Notes: generated by a model not told the origin, from the sequence alone. 63,720 bases of DNA, filler included, from Asterionella formosa (GCA_002256025.1; 27 parts of 27 records of this genome joined end to end with filler, not necessarily neighbours in it), one strand, 5' to 3'; positions 1-12,209 are shown, counted from the first letter of the whole stretch. A program made the numbers and translations.

Positions 1-560
1 AAGTGCGCAGATCCCGGTATATCCGATACACAACAGAAATAGATAATCTAATTAAACCCTCAGTTACTTGTAATTACGTTGTCCTCAACCCGATTGCACG
101 AACTCGTCACCCATCTCTCCTCCACAACACTGGTGGTGCCGGCGAATCGATGCAACTGTTACTAGACAGAGGGAGTACAAACCAGGTTCCAGGTACCCTG
201 GTACCGGTAGACGACTAAGGTTTCACCTTGTTGCATGCATCAGTACCTGGTACCAGCGTGCGTTGTACCTGGGTACCGGTACCATTCCTTCTCCCCTTTT
301 TCAAGGCAAGTATTCATTGTGCTGCCTGCTGACAAGACCTGCGCTTACCTAGCTTGTCTTGTTAACATAGGTGAGTCCCCAACCACCTTTCACAAAAGGT
401 GATTGTCTAAGCCACAGTGTTAGGAGAAACTCCGACCACCTAGGAAGGCGGTACAAGCTGCTTGGTTTAGGGGGGCAAACCCACTATTTCTTATGCACCA
501 GCAGGCAAGACCATGCAGGAAAACAATAAGGAGTGGGGGTAGAACCCAACATTAGTTTCT

Positions 561-628
561 CAAATTGTGGTAATTGAACCACACAACTTCAGATCAAAAG
601 CAATGTGCTCAACCAACTACTGTAAGCC
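561..628 (-). repeat. Degenerate tRNA-like sequence (possible SINE head or tRNA pseudogene)
   Basis: Minus strand has an A-box-like TAGTTGGTTGAGCA and a B-box/T-arm-like TGTGGTTCAATTACCACA at tRNA-like spacing. The acceptor and anticodon stems do not pair. Confidence 0.35.
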
Positions 629-2271
629 ATTCCCTTACTTACTACTACCTCCATTTGTCTGCAAATAGAAAACATCTAATTCATGTGATGCATCTTGTAA
701 TGGTGATCATATGATCATATAAATTTGATTTATCATCTAATATGAATAATATTTATCGTCTGAGAGAATATTATAAGTATATGTATATTCATACATGTAT
801 GTATTTATTTTTACCATCAGTGGCTGCAAACCATCAGCAACCATTCAATCTGAATTTGAATCATTCGTGTTGCAATAGGACAGTCGTACATTGGGATATG
901 TACATATCTGTACCTTACTATTGTAGAGAATAGATTTACCTCTTGCTTGCTTGCTTCACTCACCAAAGCCTAATCAAAGCAAGTGATGCATAAGTCTGTA
1001 CATGGCGTGTCCATCAGTTATGTTCCATCAGAATTGAATAGGTCCAAAGACAAGAGCACTAACCAATATTGTTTTGTTTTACATTAGTGATCCCCAACAA
1101 GCGAAACGAGCTATTGATTTAACTGAGAGAAAAGGAAATATGCGTCTAGTTTACAATTTGTTGTTGTCCTGCCTCCCAACGATTTGCATCCAAGTACCAC
1201 GCAAATTGATGGCTTCATTACTTTAAACGTACTCCTCCCTTCGAAGGCGCAATGTGTCGAAGACACGTTTTGTTATGAAAAATCATTCATTTTCTATTTC
1301 TTAAGCTCCAGAATGTATCTTGTGCAAATACCGGATGGAGTCATACTGTTAGTTCTCAACCGATTGGACGTCGATCTTTCGTTAAGTTAGGTCAAAAGTG
1401 GTTATCAGGAAAAAAAGTGAAAAGCACGGATTATCCCGAGTTTGGAGTTCTCATCTTATATAATTTGATGAATGTAATGCTATAGCGGTAAATACCAATA
1501 TAGAATAGCATTCATGATGTACCGTGGTACCATCATTGGTACAAACAAATGCAATTATACTGCTGCTGTGGCTGCTGCTGTTGCTGTTGCTGTTGCTTGC
1601 CTTCCCATCACATCATTGATAGTAATCAAATTCCACTTGCTTCATTGCATTGCTTATCATTTCGCATAACCATACTGCATCACTCATCATATCAATACTA
1701 ATCAAAGTTGATATCATGGAAAACAACAAGAACATTCGGAATGACAAAGAGGATAGTCTATTTGGGTTTACACAAGAAGACATTTTAACATCGAGGAAGA
1801 AATTGAAACGACTCATTGAATCGGTTGAGAGCACGTCTGCAAATAAAAAGTATCATGCATATAGGATCAAGGGTATTGTACGCTAAGTAGCAGAGGATTT
1901 TCGTATATATGATAATTTTTGGATCAAAATTATGATCAAGGTATCCTATAAGTATGATGATTTATTAATATTTTACCGACCTTAAAATACAATGATAATA
2001 AGAACATTATCATCACACAATGTATATCAACTGATCAACAACATTACTCATTAACATCATAAAACTTCTCATATTATTTTCAATTCTCGTGATCGTCCGA
2101 TGTAAATTATTAATACAACGCATCCTAAAATCAGCTCAACTCTATGCTATCATGTGAATTGTTTCATTGTAAATCTATCATAAACATGATCATAATTCTA
2201 ATCACAAGCATTATTCAAAATAGATTGAAATGGATCGTCATTTATCTATCAAATTTGACAATGCTATCTAT

Positions 2272-2371
2272 NNNNNNNNNNNNNNNNNNNNNNNNNNNNN
2301 NNNNNNNNNNNNNNNTTAATTAATTAANNNNNNNNNNNNNNNNNNNNNNNNNNNNNNNNNNNNNNNNNNNN
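2272..2371. other. Artificial contig linker (N44-TTAATTAATTAA-N44); first of 26
   Basis: The same 100-nt spacer, with stops in all six frames, recurs about every 2.36 kb (4643, 7015, 9383, 11751, 14118, 16485 ... 59009, 61366). Contigs are roughly size-sorted. Confidence 0.99.
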
Positions 2372-4742
2372 ATCGGCGCACTTTTCGCCACTACATTGCC
2401 CTTTCTGTTAACATTGAAAACCTATTTTACATGGTTTGTATGTTGGATGCGAACTAGCCAATTGCCCTTCAAATTGAACAAAAATTGTATATTTCATATG
2501 TGCAGTTTTTGGATTACTCAATCCTGCAATTGTCCGTTATATAAAACATATTTTCTACATTTCATATGCTCCGTTTTTGGACTTCCAAATTACCTTCAAT
2601 ATTTTCAATAGCCCCTAGATTTGCCTGCCGATTATTTAAGGGAAATGGATTGCTGACATCTATTGCCCCCCTATGGACTGCCATTTACTTAAGGAAAATG
2701 GACTGCCGAAATTGGAAGGGAGTAGGATGAGCGATGTGAAGGCACGAAATGATGGTTTTCTGTAAAGTGTCGATGGCAATTTCACTATTTACACCCCGGC
2801 TATCTTCCAGCATGCTCCGAGGTATAACAACTCTGTTCATTGATGTCTCAAACATCGACTCTTCATCAAATGAATCTGGCCGGTTGTTGCATGATTCGAC
2901 TTCTGATGACACTTGCTTCATCACGGTGGCGCCAAATTCGGTATTTTCATCAGACATGATTGCTCAGCCGTAAAATTTTAGCTATAAATAATGCTTTGGG
3001 ATATTTTCTTCGTGTTCTACAGTATCTCAAATCAGATCTCGACTGCAAGTTTTAGTGCTCAATTGTTGGCTTTTCCGCTGTTCTAAAATAGCATTGTATC
3101 TGATGGTTTTCTAATCACAATTATCTTTATTACTTCATTATCGTAAATCGAAAATGACAACGCAAACCAGAAGCCACTTCTGGTACCCTAAAAGTGCTAT
3201 CAGCTTGAGGTGAGAAACAACACCCAAGTGGACAAGAGGAATCATGAAACTGTGCCTGTTGTCTTGGTTGGTTCATTAGGATATATTCTGTTGATTGTTG
3301 TATGGTCGTTTCCATGCAAATTACGGTAATGCCAATAATCAAACTATATTGTTTTCCACATAAAACATCTCGACAATGTATGCATAGTATATAACTCACA
3401 ATCCAAATATCCAAGGAGCCAGCATCACATTTGATCCTTCCAGCTATAGCTGCAACGTTCCTAATGTCACAAAACAATTCACAAGTAGTGGTAAGTTCTG
3501 TTGATTGTTAAGTAGCTTGCTTCCGTTCATTCTTCTCTGAAACTCAATACCTTTCGTAATTTACTCCTGTTCACATTGTCGAATTTCTCCTTCTCCTACA
3601 ATATAGTAACATCACACCAAATCAATGCCGCAAAAGTTTACAATCATGCTGGTGCTGCTTGCTTCCTCCACAACCACCACAAGTCACAGTTATTCCAGCA
3701 CCATTGTCTCCTGAGACGCTTTAACTATTGGTTTCGGCTTCTCCAGGCCTTATTGAACATTTCATTTATTTGCTTCGACGACATGAAAGAAGTGTAAGTT
3801 GGCGATTGTTGATGAACATGCATTGACAATTTTTCAACCGAAATTTCCACCAATTCAATTTCTTTTTCACTATTTATTTTACTCCCTGATTGCCATTGTT
3901 ACTTCTTACCTTTTAATTTCCGTTTCATGCTTTGGTTGCTTAAAAACATCATCTAGAATTTTTCGATGCTTGTTACAATCATTCTTGTGTGACTATTCTT
4001 CATTCATATTTGGGGCTCCATCCATTTTTGATGTGGCTGCTTTTGCATGAAAATTCTACTCCTGACGTTGCTCGATGGTCCCTGCTGCTCAAACCTAAAA
4101 TGGACTGCTGAAGGCAATACACACCCGAGGTGGTCTCTTTCCTGCGAGTACACATGTATACAAGAAGGCAAGTAGCCGCCAAGAAGGGTATTGTTGAGGC
4201 AATTCCCGCTCTAGCTATCATCGCGTCATTCGCTTACCTACTGCCCACAAATAAAGCATAAATGTGATTTTTGCTTACTATTATTGCCCATTATTTAAAA
4301 TATATTTCATATATTTCCTATCTTCACCTCGAAAATTGCCAAAGGTCCAATATTGCCCATCATTAAATATATTTTGTATATTTCATATGTTCGCATTTTG
4401 GCAAGACAACAGACGGCGATTGCCCCTCGGTTTTCCAGCCCTGGAATAGCCAAAATCGGCAAGGGATCTACTTAAGGAAACCATTTTATATACTATACAG
4501 ATTTTGATAATTTATAATTTATATCTAGAATTCACCTCGTTTTTGTTCGTCTCCTGAAAAGTGGACTCCGGCAATTCACCTTTCACCATGCCAATCATCG
4601 TCCATCATGACCGGTTTGAAGCAAAATCAGTTCCGCGATGACNNNNNNNNNNNNNNNNNNNNNNNNNNNNNNNNNNNNNNNNNNNNTTAATTAATTAANN
4701 NNNNNNNNNNNNNNNNNNNNNNNNNNNNNNNNNNNNNNNNNN

Positions 4743-5098
4743 ATAACTTCATCAATATTGGAGCAATCCATGCCTAAGAACCACTCAACTCATTGGAAGA
4801 TAGTACCGAATAAGATGGTATTCCGTTGATTCACAATGGATCAATGCTACTCATCATTTACATGTCACAGCCCGGATATTTTCATCTACACCCTAGACGG
4901 TGATGATTGTTACCACTACTGATTTGTCAATAACTTCATCAATATTGGAGCAATCCATACCTAAGAACCACTCAACTCATTGGTAGATAGTACCGAATAA
5001 GATGGTATTCCGTTGATTCACAATGGTTCAATGCTACTCATCATTTACATGTCACAACCCGGATTTTTTAATCTATACCCTACATGGTGCTGATTGTT
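4743..5098. repeat. Tandem repeat, 187-bp unit, about 1.9 copies (array runs off contig start)
   Basis: ATAACTTCATCAATATTGGAGCAATCCAT... at 4743 and again at 4930, near-identical. Confidence 0.9.
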
Positions 5099-5240
5099 CC
5101 CAATTGTAACTTTGTGTATCATCTATCTCAATTCATATTTAAACATCTGCTAATGCTTTTGTGATTTGTTCCTATTATATATTGATCTATCTCAATTCAT
5201 ATTTTAGTATCTTCTAATCTTTTTGTTAATTGTCTATATC

Positions 5241-6395
5241 TTATATTGATCTATTGATTCGAAAGTGTTCACTTGGTGGTAACGTCTCAGGAGGTAATAA
5301 TCTGCATTCACGATGGAACTTTGCGTCTAGAAAGAAGATCTGGACTAGATTCCTCTTTCTAGCAGCTGTTGTTATTGAATACCAATGTTCACTTGGGGGA
5401 GAGCTCTCCGTGTTGATACAAAGGTCGTCCAAATACTTTGCCGCTTCGTTCTTTAACCACAGCCGCTGAGCCGCGAGAGTTTCTCCAGTTGCACCTAAGA
5501 AATTTGTCCGTCCTTGCAGATAGATAGGGCATTCTGAACATAAGCGTTGGGCATAACCAATGCGATATATTATCTTGTTTTTGACGTCATTCCATCGGTC
5601 AATCCAACCATCTGTTTTGGGCAACCGAATTGCTCGAGCCGAGGATGCCAAACTGTAGGAAACCAAACCTAATACTGTTGCAGTTGTTGGCTTTGACCTA
5701 CCATGCAAGGATCGCATATCCAAGTCAAGCTTGGGAAGAGCATTCCATACAGGCTCTTCTCTATGCCACCTACAGGAATGTGTCATCATCATCCCTTTGG
5801 CGACGCCGGCTTTGAAAAGAAGCTGTAGGTCTGTGGCAGCGGACAGAAAGTTTAACTGCACCTGACAAACAGGACACAGTGCAGGTTCAAACAACTGTTG
5901 TGTTGGTCCAACTGTGGCTTTCGATTCATGAGATAATACCGCTTCTGTTAATGTTTGAAGTTCATCCTGACACTGAGGCTGAAAGTTAGACATAGCACCC
6001 ATAAACACAGCCATCATCTGCGCCATATCAGATCGTATTGCTTTCAACTCTTCCCGCAGCACTGGAATACCCTCCTCCTCCTCCTCCTTCGATGGCGCAA
6101 CTTTCATTGATCCAGAGTCTGCCTCAGCCTGATCAGGTCGAAATTTCCTTTTCTCTCCTGGTATTTTTTTTAGCGACTCCGGTGTTTGGACCGGCCCATC
6201 ACTCCTGAGGGCGCGTTGTATACGCGGCGTTTTAGTTATGAATGCACGCTTTTGAGGAATGGGATTGAATCGCCTTGCCGATAAGGCTGTCAAGGTAGTG
6301 GCCGCGTCAATGGCTGGTTTGGTAGTCATGTCAATTTGCGGTTTCTCATAACGATCCTCCTTATCCAGATGCTTACCTTTTGTCTTACGATTCAT
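5241..6395 (-). CDS. Hypothetical 384-aa protein (basic N-terminus, coiled coil, Cys/His-containing C-terminal half)
   Basis: Uninterrupted ATG-to-stop ORF in AT-richer flanks. Heptad-like LREELKAIRSDMAQMM and CPVC / HSC / CSEC motifs. No family recognised. Confidence 0.6.
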   Translation of the reverse strand: MNRKTKGKHLDKEDRYEKPQIDMTTKPAIDAATTLTALSARRFNPIPQKRAFITKTPRIQRALRSDGPVQTPESLKKIPGEKRKFRPDQAEADSGSMKVAPSKEEEEEGIPVLREELKAIRSDMAQMMAVFMGAMSNFQPQCQDELQTLTEAVLSHESKATVGPTQQLFEPALCPVCQVQLNFLSAATDLQLLFKAGVAKGMMMTHSCRWHREEPVWNALPKLDLDMRSLHGRSKPTTATVLGLVSYSLASSARAIRLPKTDGWIDRWNDVKNKIIYRIGYAQRLCSECPIYLQGRTNFLGATGETLAAQRLWLKNEAAKYLDDLCINTESSPPSEHWYSITTAARKRNLVQIFFLDAKFHRECRLLPPETLPPSEHFRINRSI

Positions 6396-6999
6396 TATGA
6401 TGGGAGCTCGACAATGGATGTAACAAATTCACTAAAATGCGTACCACTGTTGGAACTTATTGCACCTGGCTGATGTGACCTTTTGAAAATATTTGGAGGT
6501 TGTGTTTGGGTTTATCATAACCAAATTCGAATAGTGTTGCCACAGGCAAACGACCATTTCTTGCCCTTAAATAAACAATACAAGAAAGGATAAGGATACC
6601 TCCTATGTAAGGGTTTAGTAACAGGACGTAACTACATTACAATAGCACGCCATATGAGCAACAGATAACAGTATGATGGGAGAGGAATTGCACATCGAAT
6701 GTATTGGAGTAATATACATGTACATATAACCGCTTGCCATATATACATATCCAAACCAGATATATATAGACTCATAAAAAGCCAACACTTTTCGACTAAA
6801 GCAATATACCCACGCTGTAACCGCGAGCCATAAATATATTGATACCATTTATAGTTAAAAACACGTTTTCCACTGAACAAATGTGCCCACGCCTTAACCG
6901 CGAGCCATGTATATATATCCACACCATTCATATTATAGATTCAGAAAGAGCAGCAATTTTTTACTGAAACGCACTACCGGTAGTGGCGCTATGGCTCTG

Positions 7000-7014
7000 T
7001 AACCCTAACCCTAA
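7000..7014 (-). repeat. Telomere-type repeat (TAACCC)2.5 at contig end
   Basis: TAACCCTAACCCTAA directly before the linker; reads TTAGGG on the minus strand. Confidence 0.6.
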
Positions 7015-7114
7015 NNNNNNNNNNNNNNNNNNNNNNNNNNNNNNNNNNNNNNNNNNNNTTAATTAATTAANNNNNNNNNNNNNNNNNNNNNNNNNNNNNN
7101 NNNNNNNNNNNNNN

Positions 7115-8888
7115 ACAGACAAATGCAGAAATTATTGAGCCTGTACCTTCATTCTTTGGAAGTAGTGGCCGCTCGCCCTTAGGCCCAACCCACATCTTGG
7201 ATAAAAATAGTAACTGTTTATATATAGCCTCATCTTGTCCAATGAACATTACAGGTCTAGATTCCAAATTTTTCTTCACACTTAGGTTTCCTAAGAATGG
7301 GAGCTCATCGATCTTGTCTTGAAATTTGTAGCTTGCATCAACATGGTACTCAACCATCTCAACTCCATCATCAGTGTAATAGTAAAAGCCACAACTCTCT
7401 GCAATGTCATCATTGCTTTCTAGTAATAGCTTAGAATCTACCTTTGTAATTCGAATCCATCTGTGTGTGCGCAACTCAAACGAAAGGTATTTGCTTGTAA
7501 AGATAGGCCTGTATGCTATTGTTTCAGGTCTCTCATGACCATCCACAAAGTAATGCTTCTCACGTTTTTGTATCTAAATCCAACAGCATGCATCCATCTA
7601 GATATTGTAGTAATGCTAAGAGTTGTTAGACCATATGATGATAAAAAAGCAGCTATTTCTTCATTTTTCAAAGTTGTAGTTACCCCATCATCAACTTCAA
7701 TTGTAAGTCTTGAAACTAATTCTGGTCGGACAAGTTGATCCACAACAAACTCATGCATTAATTCAACCCGCAAATCTTTGATTTTCTGGGTGCCATGCGA
7801 CTTGAATGCTTCCATTGCATCCGGGTTGTCAAGAAAGAAGCGACATAGCCTGGCATCCTTTGGATCCGGTGGCTTGCTGAAAAAGTTCTATTCAATGCAA
7901 ATTTGCGATACCATCGGGACAAAGTCTCAAAGTTAGAGTAAATCTCAATTCCCATGTCATTCATGTGATGTATTGCATTTATCAGTGACTGCTTCCATGT
8001 CGACTGACTTGCAATGTGTCCTGTAACATTTTCCACAAAATTCTTCATTGCATGTGCCAAATGCAGACTTCAAAAGCGAATTGTGAAGATATCTGAACAG
8101 GAGCAGGTATTATTTGAGTCACCACCATACACCACCTTTCTCCAGCTGTCCCAATGATTGTTCACATCCTCCATAATGCCTGTTCTCTCAAGAACAATTT
8201 TCCGGACATCTGCACCATTCCCATATACATTTGTTGGAGCAAATAACTTTCGAGCATCTCCAGAATGCCACCATAGTACATCAGCATCTGTTTTCATCTG
8301 ATGATGTTCAGCAGGACTAATTATAATTGGTTCTGATTCATTGCTCCCGCCCCTCTTTCGCTTTTTTGGTCGTTCCAATCCATCCTTATTGCTATTGTTA
8401 ATAGCATCATCCAACACTATAATTTCTTGTTCAGAAATTTTCGTTGACATTGGCTTTCTCTGACTGCCTGCTAAAAGCCTTGTCAATACACAATCTTGCT
8501 CCCACCATGATGACGCTTTCAACTGTGAAGGGAGGACAGGAACGAATTTCAATTTGGTGGTGACAAAGAAGAAATAACGACGTTTCCGATTTTGGAAGGA
8601 ATGCCTGTATACTTGCACTTGTTGGCCACCTTGAATCTCTAGAATGTTTGGTGCAGAACTCATGAGAGGAAGCACCTTGTTGACCACCCTTATCATCGAA
8701 GCTAAACGAAACTGTGCTGCATCCTCAATTGAGTATTTCTGGTGCATGTATAACTGCAATTGGTCTGCTGGTAGCCAGCGATCATGAAGTGCATGTTTGC
8801 TTATGGCAGCCTTGAAACAAGTCAATATAAATGGATGGGTGCATTGTTTGCCATGTGCACTGATGTCTCTTTGGCTCATGATGGTCAA
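7115..8888 (-). pseudogene. IS630/Tc1/mariner-superfamily DDE transposase, N-terminal part, disrupted
   Basis: Four consecutive same-strand ORF pieces (8070-8888, 7758-8060, 7516-7815, 7115-7546). They contain an HTH-like SITTISRWMHAVGFRY, DGHERPETIAYR, first catalytic Asp in IGQDEAIY and PKNEGTGSIISAF; broken by a stop and frameshifts. Confidence 0.7.
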
Positions 8889-9482
8889 AATGGTCAGATA
8901 CAGCTAGCGGTACACACAGGAGACAAAGTAGATCTGGAGATATTCACCACCATTGTCAGAGGGAATGAAGCAAGTGTAATGACATGATAGATTCTGCATC
9001 CAACCGTAAGCTAAAAAATATCATACCAGCTCTACTATGGCTACCCAAACTTTAGTCTTCGTGCACCCAGCCATAGCTATCGTACATTTAAATTGGGATC
9101 AACTGGAAAGTACATCGATCGGGCGTTTTTAGGACATCATATATGTACATGCGTACAACAAATGACTTGTTCTTAGTAAATATTGTCCTATCAATAAAAT
9201 AGAAAAAGTTTGTATCAGAAAATTGTAAGATTACCCCGTAATTCCGGTACCGGTACCGTTAGTGGTCTATGCATTTGATACATAGTGGTCTTAAGCAGTT
9301 TTTGAATGTCCCAGTAGAATTGTATTTGCTATTAAGTATTTAATAAAGCATGTATAAGCAAAACACTAAGTATGATGTATACNNNNNNNNNNNNNNNNNN
9401 NNNNNNNNNNNNNNNNNNNNNNNNNNTTAATTAATTAANNNNNNNNNNNNNNNNNNNNNNNNNNNNNNNNNNNNNNNNNNNN

Positions 9483-11750
9483 GGGCCAGCGTGCATGACC
9501 TTTTTGTCCGAGTTCTTTGGCCATACCGTGATGATGTGCCTATGGGTATGCTGGGCACTTGTGCTTGTATCTAGCATCCCAGTGCTATGCCCAGTGTTGG
9601 ATGACACCTATAGGACCCCACGTCGTACTCTATACATTCCTAAGCGGAATCGTTCAACGATGATGTCACTAATGTTAAGAGTATGTGCAAGAGGGTGTGC
9701 GGCTATCAATACCACCTTGTGTCAGTTAGAGATTGCCCTTGCACGACCCACGTGTCGCATGAAATTCCGAAAAACAAAAGTTTTCCTATCAGGGGTTTCC
9801 GGAGAGCGAGAGTCCGGTGTCTACCGAAAGCCAAGGGAGTATCTGCGGGTTTCAGCACCTATGGATCAGCCCTTGTCATTTGGGCTTGGTATGTCCACCA
9901 CGTCACGAGCCGCCCCGGTTACCCCACCTTTTGATTCAGATAGTTATATATTGATCATTGACAATTGTTGCTCTAAGTGTGTGACAAACTGCAGCACGGA
10001 TTTTGTGGGAGTGCCTACTCCAGCTCACGCTGAAATCAGCGGAGTTGGAGACCCGATTGCGGTATTGCAAAAGGGAACGGTTAAATGGAGTATACAGGAC
10101 GACTTGGTTGTATTCACCATTTTCGTATTCCTGGGACGTATTATGCCCCTGATGCACCTTTCCGCATGTTTTCCCCTCAACACTGGAGCAAGGAAATCAA
10201 CCAATGTGACCGCAGAGGAAAGGGAGCATGGTGCGCTACGTATGAGGACAAGGTCAACCTACATTGGGGAAACAATGGCTATGTTCGAAGTGTGCTCTTG
10301 GACCCGGCAACAAATGTGACAACTTTGTTTTCTGCGCCAGGGACAAAAAGATACCAGATCTACAAAGCAATCATGGTAACTCAGGAGCCTAATGTCAGGA
10401 TTAATTGTTTTAACATGAGCACGGTTACTGATGACGAATGTTCTGGTGAAGAGGGTGATGAGTCTCCCCTCGTTCGGCCATGCGACTACAATGATAATGC
10501 CGAACTCATGTGGCCAGTTCCCAAAGGAGGGGTGGGAGCCCTTGCCAATTGGAAGAGAGGCGACAAATTGATGGCCCAAGTGAGTGATGTTGCGCCCAAT
10601 GCCCTTCTTTTCCACGATTCAGCCACTGGTCTGACAGAGATCGAGGATTCCGACGCCCTGACGGCTACCGCCGAGCTTCTTTGTACCTACTATCAGCTGG
10701 GGCATCTTCCGTTTAAGCAAGTTCGAAATATGGCCTCCACCGGTTTCTTGCCCAAAAGGCTGTTGCAGGGAAGAATTCCAAAATGTACTGCTTGCATGTA
10801 CGGCAAGGCCACCCGATGGGCATGGAGATCCAAGGCTCTGCCCAGCAAAGTGGGAGGGAGAACAGCAACCTGTCCCGGGCAGTGCATGTTGGTCGATCAA
10901 ATGATGTCGCCTACGCCTGGCCTGATCGCCCAACTCAAGGGGATCCCAACAACGCAATGTTACACTGCGGCCACAGTGTTTGTGGACCATTTTAGCCGCC
11001 TCTCATTCGTACACCTGCAGAGGTCCCTCACCTCCGATGACACTGTTCGAGCCAAAAGAGCTTTCGAGAGATTCTGCGAGTCCCATGGTGTGAAGGTGCT
11101 TCACTATCATGCGGACAACGGTCGATTTTTTGCCGACGCGCTGTTTCTCCAAGACATAGCCAATCAGCGACAGGAAATCACGTATTGTGGGGTCAACGCT
11201 CACTTCCAGAATGGGGTGGCAGAGAAGCGAATTCTGGGCCTGCAGGATATGACCCGTACGGCGCTCCTGCACGCTACAGCCAGATGGCCTAAAGTTATAT
11301 CGAACTGTCTGTGGCCATATGCTCTGCGCACTGCTAACGACGCAATAGTCAGCGCTCCCCGGCGACTCGACGGAAAATCGGCGGCCAGCGTTTTCTCGAG
11401 GACAGATGTGTCTCCTAAGATTGGGTCATTTCGCCCCTTTGGGTGCCCCGTGTACGCCCTATCTAATCAGCTGGCGGCAGGTCAGAGCATACCTAAGTGG
11501 TACAAGAGAGCAAGGGTGGGAGTGTACCTGGGACAATCCCCCCAGCATGCGAGGTCTGTGGCCCTAGTGTTAAACATTAAGACTGGTCTGGTTTCCCCCT
11601 AATTTCATGTGGCGTTTAATGACATGTTCGAAACCGTTGGAAAAGGGGATGACTCCTATGAGACTGGATGGCTCTCGGCCACTCATTTTTCCAGTAGCCA
11701 AGTCAGGCGCAAGTCAACCCTACCCCCCGCTATTGTGGATAGATTGATGG
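9483..11750 (+). mobile_element. Ty1/copia (CoDi-like) pol fragment: protease + integrase, disrupted
   Basis: Protease-like IIDNCCS followed by integrase Zn finger (LGH...CTAC) and DDE residues (VDQM, HADNG, NGVAE), then FGCPVY and GVYLG. Frameshift near 10100 and in-frame TAA at 11600. Confidence 0.92.
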
Positions 11751-11852
11751 NNNNNNNNNNNNNNNNNNNNNNNNNNNNNNNNNNNNNNNNNNNNTTAATT
11801 AATTAANNNNNNNNNNNNNNNNNNNNNNNNNNNNNNNNNNNNNNNNNNNNTC

Positions 11853-12209
11853 CCCCCTTGTTATGGGCCTTTCACACCTGGTACTCGTCGAAACACAAAC
11901 CACTGGCGTATTTTGAAAGATCCAATCCGCGTGAACCCTCGTCAAATCATTGAGATGGAACGCTTATTGAAAGAACGCATTGCACCTTTCGATGATCCCC
12001 TCCATGCCTGCAAGTCTGATACTGCCGGCATTGAAGAAAATGGGAAATTCTCTGTTGCTAGGCCTCTTCAAGCATATACTGCCGCTCATTATGCGTACTT
12101 TTGTGAGTGCAGGAACTGGCCCAGCAAGTGGCCCGAGGACCGAGCATGGTGTTTGATTGCAGACAAAAATGAGCGTTTCTTTGATCGTCCTTATAATTTT
12201 GATGTGTAG
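11853..12209 (+). CDS. Alpha-carbonic anhydrase-like protein, 3' fragment
   Basis: Frame open from the contig start: PPCY...HWRILKDPIRVNPRQ...VARPLQ. This matches the alpha-CA C-terminal signature TxPPC...W...PI...Q...RPLQ. Confidence 0.7.
   Translation, partial: PPCYGPFTPGTRRNTNHWRILKDPIRVNPRQIIEMERLLKERIAPFDDPLHACKSDTAGIEENGKFSVARPLQAYTAAHYAYFCECRNWPSKWPEDRAWCLIADKNERFFDRPYNFDV

Noticed and set aside
1..145. LTR end (CAACA) followed by a TGG PBS-like sequence
   Set aside because: No gag or second LTR follows on the contig; too little support.
6940..7000. Hammerhead ribozyme beside the telomeric tract (GAAAC + hairpin + AGAGC/GCTCT pairing)
   Set aside because: The essential CUGANGA core is missing.
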